Source: Glaucostegus cemiculus
Lineage: Eukaryota
DNA: 64,000 bases
NCBI GenBank assembly: GCA_976551045.1
Contig: CDPCPM010000052.1
Location: 3,782,001-3,846,000, forward strand
Direction of reading: 5' to 3'
Under the pieces are notes generated by a model that searched no databases, was not told the DNA's origin, and saw nothing but the letters and a program-made list of their open reading frames with translations. The position numbers and the translations under genes are program-made. Positions 53,690 through 64,000 of the stretch are shown piece by piece (position 1 is the stretch's first letter; every line of letters starts with the position of its first letter).

Positions 53690-54972
53690 CTACATTGATG
53701 GCCACTTACTGCACACAAAAGCTCAAAAATATTATTACTTTTGCTGACAATTTCTTCCCCCAGCTCTCACCTTCACTTAGTCCATATATATCTAACTCTT
53801 TCCTGGCTTCTCTATCTCCATCACAGAATGTACATCAGCAACTACTATCAATGACAAGCTCAGAAACTCATACAGCTATCTCAATTCCAGCTCTTCTCAC
53901 TCAACTTCAGAGAAGGACTGCATTTCATTTCATTCCTTTAGTTTCCCCACCATATCAGACTTAACACATCAAGATGTCTTCCTTTTTCCTTAACTGTATT
54001 ATAGTTAACCACAGTTTAGAGAGCTGACTGTGCTCTCAACTGTTCTCTTTAGTTTCCTGCACATTAGCTCTCATCCATCACCTCACAGCCAGAACAAGCA
54101 TAGAATTACACATCCTCACAATCCACCCCATATATTCAATGGGTTTCCTTCAATAATTTGCACCAAATTCTGCAAGATTCCACTACCAGACACATCTGTT
54201 CTCAGTACTGTGAATGTCCACTTTGCAACTCCCTGGTTCACCCTCACTTCCATCGACCACTGCCCTTCCATAGCAGGTGATGTAACACCTTACCCTTGCA
54301 CTTCGTTCATTTTCACCATCCAGGAATCCAACAAGTCCTTCTAGTTATTCACTTGCACTTTTTAAAACCAAACTATACATTTCATTTAGTACTCAGAGCA
54401 CAATCTCCTCTCCATCAGAAAAACAAAATGCACATTGAGTAGCAACTTTATAGAACACCATTTTGTCTGCAAGAGTGACCTGAGCTTCTAGTCACATGTT
54501 ACTTTAATTCTCCATCCCACTTGCCCGTCTTTGACTTCCTGCACTGTTCCAACAAAGACTAACATAAGTATGGGGAAATGGCCAGCTCTGCTACAAGGTC
54601 ATCAGGCTGTAACATTAACTTAATTTTTAACTCCACAAATGCTGCTGGAACTACAACAGCATTCTCTTTTGTTTCATATCTCAGCATCTACAATGTGCTA
54701 CCTCTTCCAATCTCAAAATGTTTGTTTTTGAATTTTCTTCAATTGCCCTCATTCTCTGAGAACATTATGTCACCTCAACAACCTTTGTCTCCAACCTATT
54801 ACAAACATTCCTTTCGTTCTCTCCACACCTTCCTTTTCTATAGTTTAAAAACACACTCGTCTTCTCTCTTCCAATTCTGATGAAAGGTCACCAACCAAAG
54901 ATGTTGACTTGGTTTCTTTATCCACAGATGCTACGCGAAGTGCTGGGCACTTCCAGTATTCTGTTTTTCTTC
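53690..54972 (+). mobile_element. Degraded Penelope-like element (RT C-terminus, GIY-YIG region, terminal repeat)
   Basis: Remnants THTAI/HSYL (~53866), KMSSFF (~53971), TIQESNKSF..FTCT (~54315-54360) and LLSIRKTKCTL..FIEH (cf. LLYIGETKRRLGDRFAEH), ending in the tail ttctgatgaaaggtc...ccacagatgct...ttccagtattctgtttt. An opposite-strand tail lies upstream at ~53000-53070. Confidence 0.75.
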
Positions 54973-55016
54973 CAACTAATCCACATCAACCAGTATGTAA
55001 TTTTATTCTTAAAGAT

Positions 55017-55213
55017 AGCATAGCTTCTTCCCCACTGTGATAAGACTATTGAACATCTCCCTTATACAATGAGATGGTCAGTGACCTCACATTCTACATT
55101 GTGCAACCTTGCACTGTATTGCACTGCACTTTCTCTGCAGCTGTGTCACAGACCATCTCATTGTATAAGGGAACTGTTCAATAGTCTTATCACAGTGGGG
55201 AAGAAGCTGTGCT
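55017..55213. repeat. Inverted duplication of a Rex1/Babar 3' fragment
   Basis: 55022-55079 and 55151-55208 are 58-nt reverse complements with 2 mismatches. The left arm encodes SFFPTVIRLLN, the Rex ORF C-terminus. Confidence 0.92.
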
Positions 55214-55423
55214 TAAAGTCTTCTCAACATTTATTTCTGCAAAAAAGTCATTCCAGTAAATCAAGTTTTAGCCCAAAGGAAATTCCATCAAAAAATTAGT
55301 GGTGGCAAAAAGACCAAGATCAAGCCTAATGCTGAAACATAGAATGAGGAGCTTTCCCAAGACAACAATTTCATTTGGGGCCAAAACTCCCATGGTTCCA
55401 CACCACACAAAGCCAAAGTTGGG

Positions 55424-56002
55424 TCATAAGAATGCAAGAAGCAAGAACAGCCTATTGAACCATGCTGGCCATTCAATAAGATCATGGCTGGTTTTTTTTA
55501 CCTCAGCAAGTCATGCACTCTCAATTCCCTTCATCTAAACTTTACCTTTGTCTCAAATTTACTTTGCAAATGAGCATCAATAGCCCTCATGGATAATGAA
55601 TTGCAAAGATTTGCCACTCTGGGTGAAAAGAATTCTTATCTGTGTCCTGAATGGCCAAAACATTTTATTTTGAGACTGCGATCGTCAATCTGGATCTATT
55701 TTGCATTCCTCCTATTGCAAGACAATCCTTTCCTATGTTGGAAGACCACACCTGTACATAATTTTCCAGATGCAGTCTCACCAGTGCTCTTTTAATTGGA
55801 GCAGATATCTCTACCCTTGCATTCAAATTCTTTTGAAATAAAAACCAACATGCTGTTGGCCTTTTAAATTGCTTGCTGAATCTTCATATTAACCTTTAGT
55901 GCTTAGTGTACAAGGACACCCAGGACCTTCTGAACAATACTTATAAATTGCTTACCATTGTAAAAATTACCGTTTTTCAATTTTTCATACCGAAGTGGAT
56001 GC
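55424..56002 (-). mobile_element. CR1 LINE 3' portion
   Basis: cataagaatgcaagaagcaagaacagcc...ccattcaataagatcatggctg tail, then tttccagatgcagtctcaccagtgc and gtacaaggacacccagg. Confidence 0.8.
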
Positions 56003-56399
56003 CCCCATATGCAGCTCTTTAAGAAAATCTAAGCCATCAATGTCAGACACAAGGTGCACTTCAATATACACCCGAATTATAGGTTGACTTCAAATATGCT
56101 AATAATTAAAAGGCCTGCAGTTTAAACTGGCAACCAACAAATCAGTTAAGCTTTTTATTGCATCATTAAAATATGTAACAAGCCCCAGTTGCTGTCATCC
56201 TAAATACATTTTCTTAACTTTGCCATTCTGTATATCTAATGCACTGGATTTTTAGTTTATATACAAAGCTGAATTTAAGAAAGTTTAAAGATTATGAATC
56301 ATAACCTATGAACATAACAGCCTCTGAATTCATGGCCTGTCATAAGTTCTGTCTATCTTTAAGCACTGCATCACACAAGCTGCCTAATATAAAACTGAT

Positions 56400-56585
56400 A
56401 GCCACTAATTTAATTTGCCTGCATTAGGACCATATCATTCTATGCTTTGTCTACTTAAATGTCCCGCTAAAATGCCTGTTAAACGGAATAATTTTATCCG
56501 ATTCTGCCACCACCTCTGGCAGTGGGTTCCAGATAGTAACACTGTGTAAAGGACTTACCCCTCAGATCCCCTTTACAACTCCTTG
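56400..56585 (-). mobile_element. CR1 LINE 3' fragment
   Basis: atttgcctgcattaggaccatatc...ccacctctggcagtgggttccagat...cccctcagatcccctttac. Confidence 0.75.
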
Positions 56586-58689
56586 TGGAATTCATTTGCC
56601 CAAACCATTTTAGGAAAATTCTGAAGTCTTGAACTATCAGAAAAACAAATTAAAAATAACTTGTGTATGCATTCATGCAACTTTGAAAAAGGATAATGAA
56701 TGAAGAATGAAATCACGATACTTCTGTTGGAATACAACAAAGATCCACAGAAAAGATACTCCAAATCATCAGTAATATCAAAAAAGTGATCAAAATCTAT
56801 GGTGAGAATGTATATGGAAGAGAATCTTAAAAGGCCTTTCCATTACAAATTCACATGGGCAATTTGCATTGGGACTGTGACACAATTAATTAATACCAAG
56901 GTCTTGAGTACAAGTTTCAGCACCTTAATGGATGGTTAAAAAAAGTATTTAGGAGAGATAACAACACATTTGCAAGATTATCAGCTCACCAGAAATAGTA
57001 CACAATACAAAATTCAAAGACAGGTGCATCAAGGACAGTACTAGAGACAAACCCCATTCCAAAGAGGAACAACTGGAATGTTTGTGGAGAGTTGGGGTGG
57101 AAGAGAAAATGAAATCAAGTTGTGACCAAAAATGTAAGGTGATATATAACATTGATCCAGTTACTTCCCATTTTATTTGAGGCTCAAAAATCAGTAGCTG
57201 GAAAAGACTTCCTTTCTTCCTCAGCACCACTATGAACAAGAATTCACATTTTATATAACATTGCTTCACATCGAAAAGTAATTTCAGAATGCTTCGTAAA
57301 ATGGGGGAACTATTATGTACCACATTAAGGAGGAGAGCAGTGAAGAATAATGGAAAACTGCAAATGAAAAGAATAAAACTGAGTGAGGAAGATACAGAGC
57401 AGTCAGAAAAAATACACAAATGAAACCAATAGATAGTGAGGCTCACTAAAGCTGACTAAGAGAAAAAAAAATCAGCATCAAATACAATAGAGAAAGCCTG
57501 CATTTATAAGGAGCATTGAACTGCATTCACAATCATGGATGGCAATAGCAGCTCCAACCTTTACACCATCTATTCACACGTGCTGATTTTTCTCTGGCAA
57601 GTAATTTGAGGGAAAATGCCAACACATTATTTACAAACATTTGTAAATACATTTACAAATTCATGCTATGACCAGAAAAATTATTTTTCCATACTAAGGT
57701 GAATCAATAGACACTTCATTCTACATTACTGCATCAAAAACCTGCCCTAGAATTTTTTCAGTCTGGCACTCATAGATAAAAGTTGAAAGTGTTCCATTCG
57801 CTGGTACGCATTATTCCCTACTATGATGGTCACAAAAATATTCTGAGGAGAAAATAATTAATAAACCATTAATTATTGTCTTCACTTCTCATTCTGTCAT
57901 CAGTCAATTTGAAGACTTTGGGAATGAGATAGTCCAGGGCATCCCAATGCACATCCACAAATGATGAAAGCACCATTCCAAAGAAACAAACAAGTGTGAA
58001 CAATTCATTCACAGACATTTCCAAAATGTCACCATTAAAACTTTACAAGTAAAAATTCTCCAACAGGCAGAGAAAAACTATGATTGAGCTGTAAGAGAAT
58101 TAGTAAATTCATACAATATCAGCAATCATGTCAGAATGCAGGAATTCATCATTCCCATCCTTTCATTGACTCTATGGTCCACACAAAACAGCAATGTATG
58201 CCTTAAGGCATGAAGCTCGTCACTGAAATACTAGAAATAAACAGCCCTCAATTCTCTCCTTGCTATTTTTGCGATAAAACAGTTGAAAATGACAACTTTC
58301 TTTCCCTCGTCTTAAATGTCAGACTCACAACATTGTTGAGCACTGTACATGTTCTTAAGAGCATGTCAGATGTAGCACTCCAGAGCTTTCATCAGCAGGG
58401 GTTTTTCTAGTTTTTGTACAATTCAGTATAGTTGAGAACATAATTCAGTGTTCCAGGCCATTCCATCTGTCCACTTCAAATCCATTTCTGGATTACTTAA
58501 TTTTAAAATAATATCAGGTTTTGCATGTACCACAGAAACTTGCAGTACAGTACACATCAGCATTTCACCCTTGCTAGAAGAGTGGTTGCACTAATGGCCA
58601 CATCTCCACTATGACTCTAATCCCTTCAGTTCTTAATCCTCAAGTCATATTTAATTTTGTTTTTAAATCAAATTAGCTTCCAACACACT

Positions 58690-59180
58690 TTTTCCTTTGG
58701 TGGAGATAACTTTTGGGTAAAAGCATTTTTTTTAAACCATCTCTCCACTAGATGATTTGCCAATGAAGTTCAACCCCATGACCTCTTGGTTAGCCACTCG
58801 CTTGCTGGGGAGAACAAGTCTTTATCATCTGCTACTAGAGCACATGTTTCAAGAAAAACAGTCCTACCAATTAGTGAAGTCTCTCATAACTGGTTAGAAC
58901 CTGGTAAATATCTTCTGCATCCTTTTTAAGGGATCCACATCTTCATGAGATGAGAGGTTCAGATTTGGCCCATACTACTCCAGCTGACAGCAAACCACTG
59001 GTTTGATATTGTTCTGACACAAGCTGTTTTTAGATTCCATGCCTCTAATCAAGTAATCCATACAGTATTCCAAATAATTTATCAGTTTGGTCTTGCCATG
59101 GTCTCTCAACTAATCTACACTTTTCAAAAATTAAGCCATTGCTTGCATATTTTTCCCAACTGCTGCAAAGTCCACTTGCA
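58690..59180 (-). mobile_element. Highly degraded CR1 fragment
   Basis: cctggtaaatatcttctgcatcc...ccacatcttc...ttcagatttggcccatactactccagctg parallels 51820-51915. Confidence 0.5.
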
Positions 59181-62100
59181 TGCTTCTGCCTATTTCAATA
59201 ACATTCTCCTGAAGTACCTGAGACATTGAAGAATTTACAGCCTTTATATCCCCAAGATAGCTTATTCAAGTTGTCAAAAAAAAATCCAGCAACAAAATTG
59301 ATATAGAGTACACTCATGTCCAATGAAAGATGGAACTTCCAAATGAACAAAAAAAATCTCCCATTTGAAACTAAAAACAAAAAATACAAGCAGTCAGGAG
59401 GGCAAACAACAACTGTAGAAAAACAAACACTGCTGATGCTGCCTTAACAGCTGAGTGTTTCCATGGTTTTCTGATTTTAGTTTGGTTTTAAAATATCTAG
59501 TTTTCATGAATCTCAAACATTCTATTCAATCTGTTGAGATTTAAAAGGGATAATGAGAAACAAACCAGCGACTTTACTACTAACATCAACTTTAACTTCC
59601 AGTTAAAATTCAGGAGTTAAAGTAATATTTTCTAACTCACTGTATTGCACAGCAACATAACCTATCCTGTTGCAAGACTTCATCAGCTCATGTCTGGACT
59701 GTCAATAAGCTACCTTAGTTATTTTATGGTGATCAAAAGACTGGACAAATGCAAGAGAAAAATTAGACAGAATACAGTATGAAGGATAGGAAGGGAATAA
59801 CAGACATAGGGAAAGGAGGAGGATAACAGTGGAGTGAGGTCACAGAACAGAAGGGTTAAACCTCTAGCTTGAATCATTTTCAGAGAATACATGGAGAAGA
59901 TGGAACGTCAAAAAACATAGGATAAATAACAATGTCATAAGTATCTTAGTACTAATAGTCATATATTGCAATATGTGGATCAACTAACCCCTGAAAAAGT
60001 CTGCAAGGTTAATTAGTCAATTGCCAATGGCATTGAACAGCCATGACAGAAACCCTGAAATTCTGTATTGAATTATTTTCTCCATGTTCCTTTACCTGTC
60101 CAGTGTAGCATGGTCCACCTCAGAAAATCCAGCTTTCATTGCAGCACTTCCCAATACTCCAAGCATATCAATGTATATGCCATTCAGGGCACCCATAGAG
60201 TGATCCATCCAAGCCCTTCTCTTAGACTCCTATACAAAAAGCTATCGTGCAATCTTGCCCTCCAGCAAATGAGCACCCACCCTGTCCATGCCAATTGTTC
60301 TTGCCGACCGAAACTATATATAGAATGCCACGCTAGTTACAGTGTACTGTCAATATTTGAACTTGTGTAAAACTCCTTCATTCCCTTGACAGGATGAAGT
60401 TCTTGGATATAAAAAGGAGGGGAAAAGAAAGAAAAGATTTACGTATGCACTAAATTCTATTTGATTCAGAAGAGTGTGTCTGTTGAGGAAAAAGGTATAA
60501 CACGAGGAGAAGCATTACGTACAGGTCTACTGGCATCTTCGATATCTTACACCTGCAGTTGGCCATCCCTCAGGAATTGACATCCTAATGACAGCTAGTA
60601 GGTAATTCTTCCTGGGGATCGGGGGGCTTGGTTAACAAATACAATCAACTTCAGACAGCTACTACTGCTTCTGGATTTACACCACAATCAGTATCAATGA
60701 GTGGTGTGCAATGCATCTGAACCGTGAGCATTGTGGTTGATTAGCTATCAACGGGACTTGTAGTGCTCAGTCTTATGACAGGACAATAAAATATACAATA
60801 TGTTGGCCAAATCCTAATTGTAGTTTATTTGCAGGTGAATCATGGGATAGAGGCACCAGCCAAAAATGACGATGCAGTTGGAAAGATATTTACTGATACC
60901 AACTACTCGCTTATGACCATTAAACTTCATGTAGCATTACAATAAAATCTTTTTCGTACCTCAAGTGTTATCCGCTCCCACTGCTTGTGTCTGGATGGTC
61001 AACTGTGGAAAGCCATTCCTTCTCTTCCACTACACCACTCACACAGCAGCTGAAATCATGGAACCCATATGGCACTGCAATTTCCCTGTAAAGTTTAAGT
61101 TGCACAACTACCAGCACCTAGTTGAGCCACAAAGTAATTCCCTTGAAGAGATTCAGCTTAGCAGCACCACGCTGCTGACCTACAAATAGTCAAGCAAGGC
61201 TATTTCAATCTCCCATTACTGTTCCCAGAATTGTTTGCTATCGAATTGGATTTGGACCCTCGTAAACAGATGCTAGGCAATTTAAACTCTGGAGAGCCAA
61301 AATTACCCCAATATTCAGATCCTACAGTAGGATATACTCAGTTGGTCATGCAACTTCAGACAAAAAAGTTACCGAGCATAACCATTAGTCTCATATAAGA
61401 AACACATGGAAGCTGTTTTTCACAAAAGGGTCACATTAGGTTAAGAAATGCAACAGCACCCCAAAAGCACAATTTGGCCAGTGAAAGAACTGGGTTCTTA
61501 AAGTGACTGCATCATCCGATTCAAAACCAAGTTCTTCATTTTATCCAGCAGCCTTGGTCCCCTCCTTACTCTACAAAGGTGAGACAATGACATTTTATAG
61601 GAGGCAACGCAAGTTACTGGAGAACTAACATCATTTTCGGTGGAAGTCCCCTCAGCAGCATTCTTTCCAAGTGAACACAAAACACATGAACTTCTACTAT
61701 CAACTTTCTTGGGTCAACCATGTCATGTGGATGCCAAATTCCAAACTGCTGAAGCAAAGATATTAGAGAAAGCCTCTTAAGAACGTCCTTGCAATGACCA
61801 GCAAGTGCATGTTGTCACCAATTCATGGGAAACAATTGCTTAAATTACCGGACAGTCCCTTTAACAATCTCAGTGTTTGAAAATGTAAGACAAAATAGAA
61901 AGCACTAATGGCAGAAATAGCGTCTTGTTCACCAGAACAACAAACCACACCTACCCACCCCACTTAAAGATGGATCCAAATTCCAATAGATGCTGATAAT
62001 TCTGTATCAATCTCATCAGGTATCTTCAAATCCATTAACAAAATATCTCTCAAGGCAACTGTATCAAGAGAATAGCAAAGAATTATGCAAGATGGCTTGA

Positions 62101-63234
62101 GCTGCTGCAAGCCACTGAAGATCAGTCTCCTACTCAAATGTTCAGCCAAACAGAACAGGCACTGATAGGTCCACACAATTATAATCAGCAAGTTGCACAA
62201 ACATGGTCACACTAAATTGACAAAATTATTCACTGAATTTACCTTTTTCTAACTATCAGGTACAATGAATAGGCACTAACTATTTTTATCTGGTGAAATA
62301 ATTAGCTTTCATTAAAATGGGACTATTTAAAGAAGGAAATAATTCTCTTCTTCTCTCCCCCACTGCTTTCCAACTAAGTGGTTTTTTTTGCTCTGAATAA
62401 TTAGAAACACAAAAATAAACATGCTTGACCCTTTGAAAATCATAACTTTTTAAAAATCATTCTGAACAGAAATTGAAAGCTAAAGAAAAGCACTGTTCAC
62501 TGCCAAACATTAAAGATTAAATGTTCCTATTTACAAACTGGACAACATTCATAGTCTGAATAGACAGCATTAAAATGTACAAAGATCAAACACAAAAGTT
62601 CAGCAATGTTACTATGAATTTAACATTTGTTTTTCTTTAGCAAACTTATTTAGACAAAAATGTCATTTTCCAAGAAAAATTAAAGGAAAAAATTTCAGGA
62701 AAAAATGAAAGTCATGGAAACAGATTTAAATGTTGAAGTGATGTGTTTACATTTGCATTTTCTATTGTAATTGACAATGGAAAAGTAATCAAAAATGTGC
62801 TGCACACATGACAACTGCAAGTTGTGTTGCAGAAGGAAATGCACTTGATCTAAACTTTAAAATGACATAAAATCAAAGAATCTTTTGACCACCCATATTT
62901 CCTTTCATAACCTTCAATTCCTGTCACATTTGAGAATAGAAACACACAACATTTTAGGATGACACTTTGTTACTAGACAAACTGTATCACAGATTTTTGC
63001 TAGTGATTGCCAGTCTTCAAAATATGAAATAAACAGTACTGCTGATCAAATTTCTAGGTCTTTCCACCCCAGCCAAAGCTTGCTGTGGCTCTGCTGTGTC
63101 TACACCCATAATCCTGATCCCTGACTTCACTCAATGCAGAGACACCAGACATCCAACAATGAACCAAATCCCCTTTTTTTTGGAAACAAAAACACATCTC
63201 ATCTCTACCAATTCCCTTCCACTGCTATACCAAG

Positions 63235-63560
63235 TCAGAGGTGTCTTGACAGGATAGTCATGGAAGGTTGATTCACTTGTGAGATCATCTACAAGCAGGG
63301 GCCACCTCTAAAACAGAAATGAGGCAAGATTTCTCTAAGAGCGGCAATGTACCTTGGAAACCTTCTCCCACAAAGGATTGGGAAAGCTGAATATTTTTAA
63401 GGTACAGGTAGAAAGATTTTGAAAAGTGGTTGAAAGCTTACCAGGTGTAGACAGGAATCTGGAGTTGAGATCACAGCAACATGATCTTAATGTCAACTGG
63501 GGAGTTTCAAAGGGCCAAGTGATCTGCCTTCTAATTTCTATATTCGAATGTTCATATATA
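63235..63560 (+). mobile_element. CR1 LINE 3' fragment
   Basis: cttgacaggatag...caggggccac...acagaaatgaggcaagatttc...aatatttttaaggtacaggtagaaagatt...caaagggccaagtgatctgccttctaatttctat. Confidence 0.7.
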
Positions 63561-64000
63561 CCTTCACCCTTCCTATTCCAGGTTTACTGAACCCAGCGCA
63601 ATCCACATAGCTACAAAAGCTCAGACCTACCCTGAAAGCCAATTCAATCCACCTTCCCCAAACTGGAAAATGCTGGATATCTATTGCAAACTGATGACTT
63701 GTATTTTAAAATCCAATTGCCATGCAAGATAGAAATGAATTAGAAAGCATTTGAAATATATTACAAATAAAACCCATTACACAATTGAACATTATCCAGA
63801 GTTTCAACTTTTTAAATTAACATTGAATACCTGTGTGTACCTACATATCTTAGCCAAGTTGAAACACTGCATCACCCTCAGCAGGTGAATGCAACTATAA
63901 CAGAACAGGCTTACAAAGGCAATTTCCATTTTAAATGCTCCCATAGGGCTTCAACCTAGAAATATGTAACATAAATGGGGACTATTTTAAATCTCACTTA

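Noticed and set aside
53117-53698. 193-aa plus-strand ORF
   Set aside because: GTG start, no recognisable domain and no clear splice signals. Compatible with chance in 64 kb over six frames.
57629-57660. Alternating inverted 9-10 bp units (atttacaaa/tttgtaaat)
   Set aside because: Short and AT-rich, so ordinary slippage or chance. The same applies to 49940-49980 and the 17-bp tandem pair at 42880-42913.
1-64000. CRISPR array, operon or prokaryotic defence system
   Set aside because: No regularly spaced repeats and no dense long ORFs. The sequence is vertebrate repeat-laden DNA.

Overview
This is vertebrate non-coding DNA: AT-rich, CpG-depleted, with three short assembly gaps. The repeat mix (CR1, Rex1/Babar, RTE and L2 LINEs, Penelope-like elements, V-SINE and DeuSINE fragments) points to a cartilaginous fish, probably a ray or skate; this is inference from remembered repeat families, not a database result. 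I could not identify any intact host protein-coding gene, rRNA, true tRNA or CRISPR array. The ORFs I can recognise are all broken retrotransposon pieces, the largest being a 5'-truncated Rex1/Babar copy at about 23331-24771. The window looks like a large intron or intergenic region. The most notable structures are two fold-back inverted repeats made from LINE sequence (55022-55208 and 37404-37477), nested LINE insertions, decayed hammerhead-like cores in Penelope termini, a repeat-poor block with enhancer-like segments (about 6.3-15.2 kb) and a few very degraded candidate DIRS, Gypsy or viral relics. I found no convincing new biological system. Repeat boundaries are approximate.
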